64,000 bases of DNA from Chrysomallon squamiferum (lineage: Eukaryota > Animalia > Mollusca), in contig CM022678.1 in the NCBI GenBank assembly GCA_012295275.1, positions 13,516,001 to 13,580,000 on the forward strand. Reading direction: 5' to 3'. Shown piece by piece: positions 28,101-40,189 of this stretch. The notes below the pieces were generated by a model. That model searched no databases, was not told the origin of the DNA, and saw nothing but the letters and a program-made list of their open reading frames with translations. How positions within the stretch are numbered: the first letter of the stretch is position 1; every line of letters begins with the position of its first letter. A program made the translations under genes and the position numbers.

Positions 28101-30709
28101 AGTGTTGTGTTATTGCTGCTAGTAATACTAATACTGTTACTGCACCTAGCACCAGTGTTGTGTTACTGCTGCTAGTAATACTAATACTAATACTGTTACT
28201 GCACCTAGCACCAGTGTTGTGTTACTGCTGCTAGTAATACTAATACTGTTACTGCACCTAGCACCAGTGTTGTGTTACTGCTGCTAGTAATACTAATACT
28301 AATACTGTTACTGCACCCAGCACCAGTGTTGTGTTACTGCTGCTAGTAATACTATAACTGTTACTGCACCTAGCACCAGTGTTGTGTTACTGCTGCTAGT
28401 AACACTGATACTAATACTGTTACTGCACCCAGCACCAGTGTTGTGTTACTGCTGCTAGTAATACTGATACTGATACTGTTACTGCACCTAGCACCAGTGT
28501 TGTGTTACTGCTGCTAGTAATACTAATACTAATACTGTTACTGCACCCAGCACCAGTGTTGTGTTACTGCTGCTAGTAATACTCATACTAATACTGTTAC
28601 TGCACCTAGCACCAGTGTTGTGTTACTGCTGCTAGTAATACTAATACTGTTACTGCACCTAGCACCAGTGTTGTGTTACTGCTGCTAGTAACACTGATAC
28701 TAATACTGTTACTGCACCTAGCACCAGTGTTGTGTTACTGCTGCTAGTAATACTGATACTGATACTGTTACTGCACCTAGCACCAGTGTTGTGTTACTGC
28801 TGCTAGTAATACTAATACTGTTACTGCACCTAGCACCAGTGTTGTGTTACTGCTGCTAGTAATACTAATACTAATACTGTTACTGCACCCTAGCACCAGT
28901 GTTGTGTTATTGCTGCTAGTAATACTAATACTGTTACTGCACCCAGCACCAGTGTTGTGTTACTGCTGCTAGTAATACTAATACTAATACTGTTACTGCA
29001 CCTAGCACCAGTGTTGTGTTACTGCTGCTAGTAATACTAATACTGTTACTGCACCTAGCACCAGTGTTGTGTTACTGCTGCTAGTAATACTAATACTAAT
29101 ACTGTTACTGCACCTAGCACCAGTGTTGTGTTACTGCTGCTAGTAATACTAATACTGTTACTGCACCTAGCACCAGTGTTGTGTTACTGCTGCTAGTAAC
29201 ACTGATACTAATACTGTTACTGCACCTAGCACCAGTGTTGTGTTACTGCTGCTAGTAATACTGATACTGATACTGTTACTGCACCTAGCACCAGTGTTGT
29301 GTTACTGCTGCTAGTAATACTAATACTAATACTGTTACTGCACCTAGCACCAGTGTTGTGTTACTGCTGCTAGTAATACTAATACTAATACTGTTACTGC
29401 ACCTAGCACCAGTGTTGTGTTACTGCTGCTAGTAATACTAATACTGTTACTGCACCTAGCACCAGTGTTGTGTTACTGCTGCTAGTAACACTGATACTAA
29501 TACTGTTACTGCACCTAGCACCAGTGTTGTGTTACTGCTGCTAGTAATACTGATACTGATACTGTTACTGCACCTAGCACCAGTGTTGTGTTACTGCTGC
29601 TAGTAATACTAATACTAATACTGTTACTGTTAGCAGTTATACATTTACTACTGTTACTACAACTCACTATTTTTATCATCACAACTATTTTATTATCTTT
29701 ATCAATATTGTTGTATTCTTTATTAATCTCAACATTATTATTATTACTGTTATTATCATTGGCATTTTTTTTATCATTATTTTAATTATTGATCATTTCA
29801 GTCTTTATAATACAGATACATTGATGTGTATTTTACTGTTATTTTAAAATTTAAAATTTCTCTGTTTTAAAACAGGTGTGGTCAGGGTGTCGTAGAGAGG
29901 GTTTTATTTTTGTCTGGGACAGAGGAGATGGACAGTTGAAAACTACAATAACTCTCAACTGTTTGGGAATCAGTGTCATGCTGTTATCTGAATCACAGGT
30001 ACAAGTTTGTTATTTTAGTAATTTATTTACAATAAAGTATAACTCATAAAAGCCAATTATTAAAAAAAAAAACAGGAAAAAGATATAGGATAAATTGTTT
30101 ACTGTTACAAGACAGATATTTTAGGATAAGTTACTTTCAAATGACTTATTTTTTTAAAATTATTTTAGATAAATTATTACTCTTTAATGATAGTTATTTT
30201 TAAAATATTTTAATATAAATTACTATATAATTTTGCAACAAATTAATTAACTTAAACAACAATTAAAAATGTCATTTTTGAATTATTTTAGCATTTATGA
30301 AAATATTTATTCTTGTTATTTACACAGAAAAGAAACTAAATTTGTTATTTTTAAAATCAGTTAAAAAGATATCTGATTAGTTGTTTGTAAAAACATTTGA
30401 AAAGTATATAGATTCATAAGAAAATTAGAGATTATTATGTTAAAATAGATGAAGAATAAATTAGCATTGACAAAATACATGTCTTTAAACTTTTCTGATT
30501 TCATGCAGCTCTGGGTTGGAACGAAAGGACATTCAGAAGGTTCCATCTACATCTATGACGTCAACACCTTGCAGTGCCTGAAATATCTTAAAGCACACGA
30601 AGACAGTGTGAGGTCACTGTGTTGTGCAGAACATCGTTACATCATCAGTGGGGCAGGAAGTAAAGACGGGAAAATAGCTATCTGGTCACCCTTGACTTAC
30701 TCTGACTAG
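11217..30709 (+). CDS. DENND3: DENN domain-containing protein 3-like (uDENN-DENN-dDENN, PH/GRAM-like, C-terminal WD40); 26 coding exons; one apparent 1-nt frameshift at ~16044
   Basis: Phase-consistent GT-AG exons: 11217-11324, 12135-12367, 12895-13037, 13815-13939, 14453-14598, 15074-15182, 15972-16168, 16677-16817, 17194-17420, 17586-17695, 18033-18129, 18468-18613, 20085-20238, 20448-20584, 21020-21195, 21812-21922, 22230-22404, 22655-22785, 23262-23427, 24273-24469, 24745-24878, 25462-25607, 26007-26143, 26660-26784, 29876-29998, 30509-30709. Motifs FCFP, VHFLVFTD..RKTY, ISKYPYF, LTEQRIVFLSS, QPFKWRYTYVP, FMMGCH, YLYLRG, KTDFGTGRI and the WD40 end AHEDSVRSL..IISGAGSKDGKIAIW match the DENND3 family. 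Confidence 0.88.
15630..15700 (+). mobile_element. Short hAT/Charlie-like terminal fragment
   Basis: CAGGGGTCAGCAACCT start, typical of hAT-Charlie termini; no second end found. Confidence 0.35.
18987..19784 (+). mobile_element. Internally deleted Tigger/pogo DNA transposon in a DENND3 intron
   Basis: TIRs CAGTGGTACCT.../...AGGTACCACTG flanked by TA. Decayed transposase N-terminus MDSKKVSAKDSAEKKKRMMSTELKHEIIEKHERG...KQKELLKAINSAKGVKIISKL (HTH-psq/CENP-B type) at ~19262-19520. Confidence 0.85.
25620..25790. mobile_element. Possible degraded SINE-like insertion in a DENND3 intron
   Basis: Complex, less AT-rich non-coding segment right after an exon; family not identifiable by eye. Confidence 0.2.
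26859..29630 (+). repeat. Intronic minisatellite, 53/59-bp unit, ~50 near-identical copies
   Basis: Unit GTTACTGCACCTAGCACCAGTGTTGTGTTACTGCTGCTAGTAATACTAATACT, with or without an extra CTAATA/CTGATA. Confidence 0.97.
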
Positions 30710-33700
30710 AACAAAAGTAGTGATGAATCAGACATTGTGAAAACCGACTCAGTAACAGTCACATCATGTGATCTACAATACAGCATTTTCTTTTTTTGTT
30801 TTAGTTATTCTTAATGTACAACATATTATTTACCAAATGAAGTGTGTATATAATGGTAGAGTTTTATTAAGTTTCTGAAAATGTTGAAAAAGATAGATTT
30901 ATTTTTTTATACACACAGACCAAACTCATTATGTGACTGGCATATCAGTTACTGTTTGTAAGTTGTACAAATATTAGGGGAAATGAATTTTTATGTAAAA
31001 AAATTGTACAATGAATCAGAATTCAGGACAGAAATCATATGAGTGACAGTTTCAAATTTTGTGATACTTTGTTTAAGTTGTAGAAACAATTTAGTTTTAG
31101 TGTGAAACATTTACAATAATTGCCACACTGTACACACCAAAAGAAGTAAATTTAGTATTTGCTATTTTATCTCATTCTAAAAAGAGCTCACAGAAGGAAG
31201 ATAAATTTCATTATTTTAAGTTCTGCTTCTTCAGTAACATTTGTTGTCTTTCTGATTATATTAACAGTTTGTAACATTACTTGCAGTTTACCAACATAAG
31301 CATAATTCACTGTCAACTTAATTGTTTTTATTTTGTTTTAAAATGTAGAGTAATTATACTGCATATCTATATTTTTACCAATCTGAGTATTACAATTTAT
31401 TCCATAAATGTAAAAATATGCATATCAAAATTTATATATACTAACATGTATATTTTAAAAATAAAACAATTTTATGAAAATTGATATATTGTATTAAAAA
31501 TTTTAAAACAAATTATAATATTTATTTCTATATTTGTTCTTCTGTATATAATTTATTTGTCAAATATACAACATAAGTAATCATGACAATGAAATTATAA
31601 CCTAAATAACTAATCTTGATTGTGATAATGAAATGAAGTATAATTCTAAATGTTTGTCTTCTTTAACAAATTTAACCATATATAGTAATACTTGTTAAAC
31701 AATAATTTAAAATCATTAAAGTATACCCATATATATATATATTTATATTTATATATAATTTTATTTTATTAATTAATTTATTTTTTCCTTTTGTGTTTGT
31801 GTGTGTGTGTGTTTGTTTATATGTTGTAAATGGTAAAATGATGTGTTCAGATATTTCTGTTACAATATTACTTTATTGTCATACCTCATTAATGACTGTG
31901 ATAATTACCAAAAAAATTAAATAATAATTTTGGAGTATGAAGAATATATTTCTTCTTCTTTCTTCATTTTTGCCTTAACCATGAGTTGTTGTAGATACCA
32001 TGGATCATCCAATGATTTTTAACAACCAGTTTTTTCCCAGTTCTCCTCTGCCCTCTGGACGTTTGAAGATTTAAATTTTTCATTTGTACATCACTGATCC
32101 ACTTTAAATGAGAAACCTGATGATATCTTTTCTCATTCGTGCATTATCTGTTGTTGTTTAATGTTACACTTGTGATGTAGTGTACATGTCTGTGATGTAC
32201 TGTTTAATGTTACATTTCTCTAATATATTGTTTAATGTTACTTTCTGTAAAGTGTTGTTTGATAGTGTATTTCTGTAATGTGTTGTTTAATGTTATGTTT
32301 CTTTAATGTGTTGATGTATAATATAAAAAATAATTGTTACTACATTGTATAAATGTTTTCATAATTATTATAATTTTAGCTTCACTCTGAGAAAACTGCT
32401 TAGAGAAAAATTCTTTAAATTCTTTAAATGTATAATTTTTATTTCCATATTTATATATATTATATATTTATATATCGTTAGTTCTGTGGATTCTGTTGTA
32501 CAAACAGTTGTCTTTGTTTTCAAAATATGCAATAATCATATCTAATATAAAAACCGAAAATGTTTATTTCCAGGTTGTAATTTTATTTTATTGTTATTTT
32601 AAGAGTGAAGATAATAATGATGTCATAATGAATAATTTTTGTAATGTATATATTTTGTAATCATTGTTACATTATGAGTAAGAATAGTAATGATAATTTT
32701 ACATTCCATTTTATCATTTTATTTTATTGCTATTATTATTGTTATTGTTTTTGTTGTTGTTGTTATTATTATTATTATATTAGCAATATGGATACTGATT
32801 TATATTTTCCTTATATATTATATATATTTATAATAAGTTAAAGTTTATTTTATCATTCAGTTACCAAGAAAACTAAATATGAGTATGAAACTTAATATGA
32901 ATATGGATATCAATAATGTATCATGTACTTTTTGTTATTTATTAATAATACAAAGAAAATGAATATCAATTCATAGTAATTTGCTTATCAAAATATTTAT
33001 CATTATGTTTTTACATTAAAACACATAGATACATTTTTTACAAGGTATATTTTATAGATATTAAATAGATAGACATATGCATACTTTGATATCGGAACTC
33101 TTGTTATTTTGTTTATATTAAATGTTATATTAAATGATGAGTGGCTGTCCTGCACAACATATTTCTAAAGTTTTGTATTATTCCACATTTTTCTTCTGTT
33201 GCAATAACTTACGATGCAATACACCCAGGTGAGGGCTCATTGCACTTCAAAATATCTGTAGTGAAAGATTTACCTCACTGTCTTTGATGGCATGTAGCAT
33301 GGTCTTGACATAAATAGCCCAAATTTTAAATATTATCTCAGTCTGACCAGTGGTTTTGGAGATACTGACCCTTGAATTATTGTATTTTGGCTTTTTATAT
33401 TTGTGTTTCAGTTTTGATTAAAAAACAGACCTGTTGGAAATCAAAAGAATTTACTTGAATTGTTATTTTTATTATTTGGGAACTTTTTGTTTTCATGATT
33501 AAACTTTACACTATGAGTTAAACCTGGATGAGCAGCTGTTTGCTGTACCAACCAGTGAAATTCCAACTACTTGTAGCAGCAACAGCACTTGCTCCCAACT
33601 ACAGGTTTTAAACATATTTAATAAGTTTTTAAGAAAGGAATTAATTATTTCTATTCATCATTTTTATTTATTTATTTTTTTCCCTGTTTATAATGATGAA

Positions 33701-34395
33701 ATTTTACATATAAAACAAATATTAGAATGGTCAGGAATACCCCATGTCTAGAGTTACTGTGTGATATTAAGACCAGGATCTCAAACACTGGTCTTTTGAA
33801 CAAATTTCTGTATCATAAAGCAAAACTGTTCCTAGTGTGAATTCACATTATTTAGTTGATTTATGATTTCTTTATTTATTAAAAAAAAAAAAAAAAAGAA
33901 AAAAAAAAAGGAAATGTATAATAATAATAAAGTTATTTTACAGAAAAATATTTAAATCTAAAAACACTTGATTATTTTTAAATATATTTTAGAGAAAATT
34001 AATAACAATAATACTACTCATATTGTTATAGTATTGCTACTACCACTATTATTATTACTATTATTATTATTATTATTATTATTATTTAAAAAAAATTTAG
34101 AAAAGACATTAAAATATGTTGCGTCAGCAAGTTTCAATCTGTGGAACATCCACTCACCACATCAAGTGCTGCCCTATGATTTTGAATATATTTTTTTATA
34201 AACTTTATTAACATCTTATTACTGTATGTGTGTGTATGTGTGTGTGTGTGTGTGTGTCTGTATATATATATTTAGTAAATCATTGATTTAAATTCCCTGT
34301 TATGTTTTACTTGCTTCCCGTTAATGGGTGAGTTTTTCGCCACCTTAATATGGCAGATGTTGATAGTGTTATTAATTAATGTTACCAGTTTACTT

Positions 34396-34475
34396 TGTGT
34401 AGGTGATCTTGCAGTCGAGAACTAGCCCGTGCTAGTGTGTAGGTGATCTTGCAGTCGAGAACTAGCCCGGGCTAG
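34396..34475. repeat. Two-copy 40-bp tandem duplication ending in a palindrome (CTAGCCCGGGCTAG)
   Basis: TGTGTAGGTGATCTTGCAGTCGAGAACTAGCCCG(T/G)GCTAG twice, with one mismatch. Confidence 0.9.
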
Positions 34476-35531
34476 CAGTTTTACTCAATAATTTGCCACG
34501 ACGTTTATTCTATTTATTTATTTATTTTATTTTAATAATTTTGTTGTTTTTGTTGTTGTTGTTTTTTTTTAGGGCAGATATAGAAACCCGTTTGATTTGA
34601 GTTTTAATCAAAAATGATTTTTACAGTTTTATACCAAACATTTCAGTCATAGCAAAATATTTAGTAAAATCTACACATGAGGTAGATGTAATATAAATTC
34701 AAATATTAAAAACTAAAATAATTATATACCTTTAATATATATTAATTTTCATATCGCTTCGCCTGAGAATTTCTTTAGTTAGGTATATGGATATTTATGT
34801 TTGAAAGTTATATTTAAAATTTAATTTTATGTTTGCATTTGATGTATGTTATGTGCGCTCCTAGCTTATGTGCTCAGATGAACTTCAAGTTGAACAGCAA
34901 ATAAATACTAAAGTAAACCTGCTATAAATTTCGAGTTAAAATGGAGTATTTTCACCTCCTCTGACTTTTATATACTTATCTCCCTCCTATCCAAGTACAT
35001 CGCTGTACAATGCTGAAGAAATTAAACCGGTTGAATACAGAATTTGGAATTGAATTTTGCCAATTGCAGACATTATGCACTAACGATATTAACTGTCATT
35101 AATTTTTCATTCATTTATTCATTCCAGATATCTTTCAGACTTAAACAGCTTGACATTAATATATTTAATTTGAATTTTATTTTTTATTTATTTATTGTTT
35201 TAATTCTTTACATCAGGGTAACTTGCAATTTAGGTCTTTGCAAAGCTGTGGTGATCAGTGTATTTTATTATGCTGCTAATAGAAGATAAACTGATCATAT
35301 TAGAGGTTTATAGACTTGTACAAAGTTTGTCAAAATAATGATGTTTTCCTTTGTAACTGGTGTTGAAAACAAAAACATACGTACGATTATGCAAAAAAAA
35401 AAAAAAATTAATTTACATTAAGTTTACAAATTCTGAAATCTTTCCTTAATTTACTTCTTATCTGTTATCTATCTATATATTAAATATATCAACGGAAGAA
35501 CAAAATATTAATCATAGTTCTACAAAAGTGA

Positions 35532-35539
35532 TGACGTCA
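35532..35539. promoter_or_regulatory. CRE (TGACGTCA) upstream of PDE copy 1, plus a half-site TGACG at ~35548
   Basis: Perfect palindrome ~50 nt before the ATG at 35588; same position as in the paralogue. Confidence 0.6.
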
Positions 35540-35587
35540 CAAACAAGTGACGTTTACACAAGCTTTTTATGTCGAACGTGATGCTAA

Positions 35588-37936
35588 ATGGTTTTCCAAA
35601 ATCTCGATAGTGAGAAAAAAAGCTTTCGGGAAAATGTTCTAGATCATAACATGGGAAATGGGCCGTCAAGTGAGGAAAATCGCGAACTCGAGGCTCTGAC
35701 GGCGACACGTGTGAAAGCCTATCTTGAAAAGCATCCTACATTTCTCTATGAAGTCATTCAAAGTTCAGGCATTGCAAACAGACATAAACAACAACAACAA
35801 CCAACTATTTTTACTGAGGACGAACTATCAGCGGGAAGTGAAACAAAGAGGAGTATGGCTCGTTCTGGCAAAATTAGGAACGAGATTTATTTACAAGAAA
35901 GTAAGTCTAATCAACCACAGCTGAACAAGCTTATTTTTAACGAGATCAATGTCTTGGCCAACGTATTACAAGTGGACTTGTTTTCGTTGTATACCCCGAA
36001 TAAAAATAACACCGAATTATGGGAATATAATGAGAATGCACAACCGAGGAAGTTTGGTTCAATCACAAAAGGTAAAACTGTGAGCGGAGAAGCTGCTTTC
36101 ATTCATACAACTATCCTAGTAGAAAACATATATCAGGAAACCCGCTTTTCTCACGGGGTTGGGCGGACTGATCGTAACGTCCAGAGTGTCCTTGCTATTC
36201 CCCTAATCCTCGTATCAGGAGACTTTCTAGGAGTTATCGAATTATGCAGGAAATCAGATAAAAATCCGTTTACTGAATCAGACCTGCAGTTGTGCAATTC
36301 GTATTTCGCCTGGATGGGAATCTCTTTGCATCAAGCGAAAATAACGAGGCTTATCAATCTCCAGTCGAAATTGAATGAATATCTGTTAGATTCGTCGAAA
36401 CAGTTATTCGATGACATGATTAGTATCGATAATCTTGTGGAAAACATTTTAATGTTTACCAAAGACGTCGTTCAAGCCGACCGCTGTGCTATGTTTCTTG
36501 CTGATGAGGAAAGGGAACAGCTTTATGCACATTATTTCGACGAAGGGTCTACGGAGAATGGAAAGCCAGTATTTTCTAAGAATCAACAGATTCGTTTTTC
36601 TGCTAACAAAGGTATCGCTGGTCATGTATACCAAACTGGCGAAGCAGTCAATATAGCCGACGCTTACGGCGACAAACGATTCAATCCGGAAGTGGATAAG
36701 CAAACCGGATATCGCACTAAAAACATTTTGTGTATGCCGATCATTAGCAAGTCACGGGTGGTAGGCGTTTTACAGATGATTAACAGCCTCTCAAATGATC
36801 GCTTCACCCCTGGGGATGAGGATGTCTTCAAAACTTACGCAGTTTACTGTGCTCTGGCTCTGCACTGCTCTAAGTTATACGATTTAATTATGCAGACAAA
36901 AGCCCAGTATGAAATTACTATGGAAGTGCTGCGTTACCACAGGGTCTGCAACGAGAGGGATGTCAGAGCTTTAGAGTTACATGTTCCGGTGAAGTGCATC
37001 CCCGAAAATTTCTTCACTTACGACTTTAATTCGTACGTGTATGAAAAAATATTACCAAATTTGTTTATTTACATGATACACGACATGTTCGGCAGAAACG
37101 TGTTTCCGCTTAAAAAACTTTGTACTTTTGTTCTCACTGTTAGGAAAAACTATAGACCCGTATCGTACCATAACTGGTTTCATGCCATGCACGTGGCGCA
37201 GTCAATTTATTGCATGCTCAAGAAAAACCGAGACAAGTTCAACACACATGAATGTATGGCCCTTCTTGTCGCTGCACTTTGTCACGACCTAGATCACAGG
37301 GGCTACAACAACGCCTATTTCAAACAGTTCCATCTGCCACTCTCTGCACTCTATAGTTCGTCGATCATGGAGGAACACCACTACCAACAAATGGTTACTA
37401 TATTAGAAATGGAAGGCCATGACGTCTTCTCCTTTCTGTCTAAAAACGATTACAAAGAAATGCTGGCGATGATGTATGATGCCATCATAGCCACTGATCT
37501 GGCCAACTACTTTGGTAACCAGAATACTCTTGTTCAGATGATTAAGAACAAATCGTTCGACTTACACAAGAAAGAATGTCGGACTTTGTGCAAAGCTCTT
37601 ATGATGACTGGCGCCGACTTGGTCGCCATTGCCAAACCGGTGGAACAGCAACAAGAAATTGTTGAATCGATTTATACCGAGTTCTTCATACAAGGAGATG
37701 AAGAAAAGAAGCATGGGCTTCAACCTGTGTGTATGATGGACAGACAGAAAAAAAACGAAATACCCAAACAGGAGGTGGACTTTATCAAATTTATAGCCAA
37801 GCCTCTCTATCTTACATTAGATAATGTTATCGCGGGGATTAAACCACTACTAAATGGAACAATAGCAAGTCTGGAACTCTGGCAGAAACTAGCCGATGAA
37901 AACGAGAAAAAGAAAGGAAACGTGTCAGCATCTTGA
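35588..37936 (+). CDS. PDE10A: PDE10A-like cyclic nucleotide phosphodiesterase (GAF-A, GAF-B, PDEase_I), intronless, copy 1
   Basis: 782-aa ORF. GAF-B KGIAGHVYQTGEAVNIADAYGDKRFNPEVDKQTGYRTKNILCMPI..YAVYCALALHC is characteristic of PDE10. Catalytic motifs YHNWFHA, HDLDHRG, EEHH, ATD, ADL and EFFIQGD are intact. Confidence 0.93.
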   Translation: MVFQNLDSEKKSFRENVLDHNMGNGPSSEENRELEALTATRVKAYLEKHPTFLYEVIQSSGIANRHKQQQQPTIFTEDELSAGSETKRSMARSGKIRNEIYLQESKSNQPQLNKLIFNEINVLANVLQVDLFSLYTPNKNNTELWEYNENAQPRKFGSITKGKTVSGEAAFIHTTILVENIYQETRFSHGVGRTDRNVQSVLAIPLILVSGDFLGVIELCRKSDKNPFTESDLQLCNSYFAWMGISLHQAKITRLINLQSKLNEYLLDSSKQLFDDMISIDNLVENILMFTKDVVQADRCAMFLADEEREQLYAHYFDEGSTENGKPVFSKNQQIRFSANKGIAGHVYQTGEAVNIADAYGDKRFNPEVDKQTGYRTKNILCMPIISKSRVVGVLQMINSLSNDRFTPGDEDVFKTYAVYCALALHCSKLYDLIMQTKAQYEITMEVLRYHRVCNERDVRALELHVPVKCIPENFFTYDFNSYVYEKILPNLFIYMIHDMFGRNVFPLKKLCTFVLTVRKNYRPVSYHNWFHAMHVAQSIYCMLKKNRDKFNTHECMALLVAALCHDLDHRGYNNAYFKQFHLPLSALYSSSIMEEHHYQQMVTILEMEGHDVFSFLSKNDYKEMLAMMYDAIIATDLANYFGNQNTLVQMIKNKSFDLHKKECRTLCKALMMTGADLVAIAKPVEQQQEIVESIYTEFFIQGDEEKKHGLQPVCMMDRQKKNEIPKQEVDFIKFIAKPLYLTLDNVIAGIKPLLNGTIASLELWQKLADENEKKKGNVSAS

Positions 37937-38880
37937 TTTACAATGGAAACTTGTTTATTGTTTGTTTATATTGTAACATTGCATTATATATTATAACAAC
38001 GAGAAGGCAAAGGTGTTACATTCTCTCACCAGACAACAAAGCACAGTGGAGAGATTTGTTATAAAAAAAAATGATATTTCGGTTACAGTTCGATTTGAAA
38101 AAACAAAATAGAAGAAGTCATTTATATTCAGATTTGTATTCCTTACTAATTTTTATTTTATTTTTTAAATTTTCTTCTTCTTCTTCTTCATTGTACCTCT
38201 TTTCGATTCAGGCCTCTTTTATCTCTCTTCCTTTTTAAGAAATGTAAAAAATATATTAAATTATTTGAAGATTATTTTAATTAAAACAAAATTAAAAGAT
38301 ACTATTTAGAAATGTTTTCTTTTTATAATTAATCACTTCTTTGGTGTTTAAAACCAAAATGGTACCTACAGAGATATATTTAGAACAACGGCATATAGGC
38401 CTGATTATGAACAAGGTAATGCATGCTGGAGAAACAGTTATGTAACATTAACAACTAACGTATGTGTTTTCATGAATTACAGCAATATATGATCAGTTTT
38501 GTGATCTAAGCTCAGGAATCTACATTAATGATATGGATACTTGTGCCCACAAATTATATTGATATTAGACGTATTCTATGTTTTCTAAAGATTATATCAT
38601 GTTACTTGTTCTAAATTTATCAGTTATCGTGATATGTGCTCCATATGTGTGTCTTCTTGAATTATATTATATAATATTATGATATAGCTTATACCAACAA
38701 TGTCTTCAGGAGTTATATCAATATATATATATATCGACGACATATCTGCAAATGTTTTGATGAATTATGCTAATAACAGATATAGCTGATGAGATTTACT
38801 GATTTAATTTAAGCCGTGACGTATTTTTTAAATATTTTTATTATTTATTAGTTTTTATTTATTTATTTATTTATTTATTA

Positions 38881-38945
<65 letters not shown>

Positions 38946-40114
38946 TTTTTTATTTTTTGAACAAAACGATATTTTCATTCTTCAAAAGAATATAAAATGT
39001 TTTATAGAATGAACTTTTTAAATTAATATATAAATAATGATTCAGGCACCGACCTAAAAATATTTAAATGAAAATGAGTAGCAAATGTGAGATCAAATAT
39101 TTAAATTTTATTTGTATTTGCTGTGCACGTTTAAAATGAGAAACATTGTAAATCTGAAGAATTTTTAAATAAAAATACAATTATGAAATTATCGACAATA
39201 TATTGAATTTGTACATAGAAATAAATTTATGAGATAATTCTTCAAAAATAATTTCAGAATATATGTTGAATTTTTATGAATTAATGTTTTAAATCAAACG
39301 AATTTCCCAAACAGTGTTGGATTTTACAACAAATTTAAATTGTGAAGAATATTTTAAAACAATAAATTTTGGGAATATTTTTTTGTTCTTGTTTTAGGAG
39401 TTGTGTTAATGTTGTTGTGTACGTTACAGATATAAAATTTACATATAGCGATTAGTTTTGTACCTCGTGATATGATTAATAACAGCAGCAGTAATGATAG
39501 CAACAGTAATAGTCATATTAGTATAGTAGTAACTATAGTGATAATGATAATGGCGTGATACTGGAGTGATGGTATTAGCAGAAGTAGTAGCAGAGATAAT
39601 AGCAGTATTAACAGTGAAAGATAAACAACATAAACCAAATGAAACCAAGTAAAAATTAATATCGAGAAAGATAGAACAAAATGGGATAAATAAAAGGAAA
39701 GAATAGTAAGAAAGAAGACACCAAACAACGAAAAAAAAAAACAGAGAGAGAGAGAGGTGTAAAAGCAGTAATAGCAATGCAATACCAGAAGCAGTATATA
39801 ATAATGTGCTAATAATGTCCATTTTTTTCAAATTTTTGAAAAATAGCAGCTGCTTCGTTAGTAGTGGTAGTAGTAGTAGTGGTAAAATGCGGTGTGATGG
39901 ATGTGCCGGTCGTCCATCCGATACGATTTTTAGAGTGGCTGCTGTCCCTAGTAGAAGCAAACTGTTAAAGATTATTATTATCGCCCTAAGTCTTTTATTC
40001 TGTTCAATTACTTATAATCATATCACATACGTTATATGTAGACGTACATACCCATATATGAATCATGTAAGCATTTAGCACCGAATAGTGAAATATAATT
40101 AGAAAGGACGTGAT

Positions 40115-40139
40115 ATTGCGTAATAAACTGATGACGTCA
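40115..40139. promoter_or_regulatory. C/EBP-type site (ATTGCGTAAT 40115-40124) and CRE (TGACGTCA 40132-40139) upstream of PDE copy 2
   Basis: Exact motifs ~50-75 nt before the ATG at 40190. Confidence 0.6.
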
Positions 40140-40189
40140 TTTCCAAGGCATTAACAGAGTGAAAATAGAGACCTTATCTAAGTGTCGCG

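Noticed and set aside
26859-29630. CRISPR-like array
   Set aside because: Contiguous tandem units with no unique spacers, no cas genes, and located inside a eukaryotic intron.
39439-40078. Overlapping 173-, 89- and 90-aa ORFs between the PDE genes
   Set aside because: Built from trinucleotide-like low-complexity sequence; no recognisable family.
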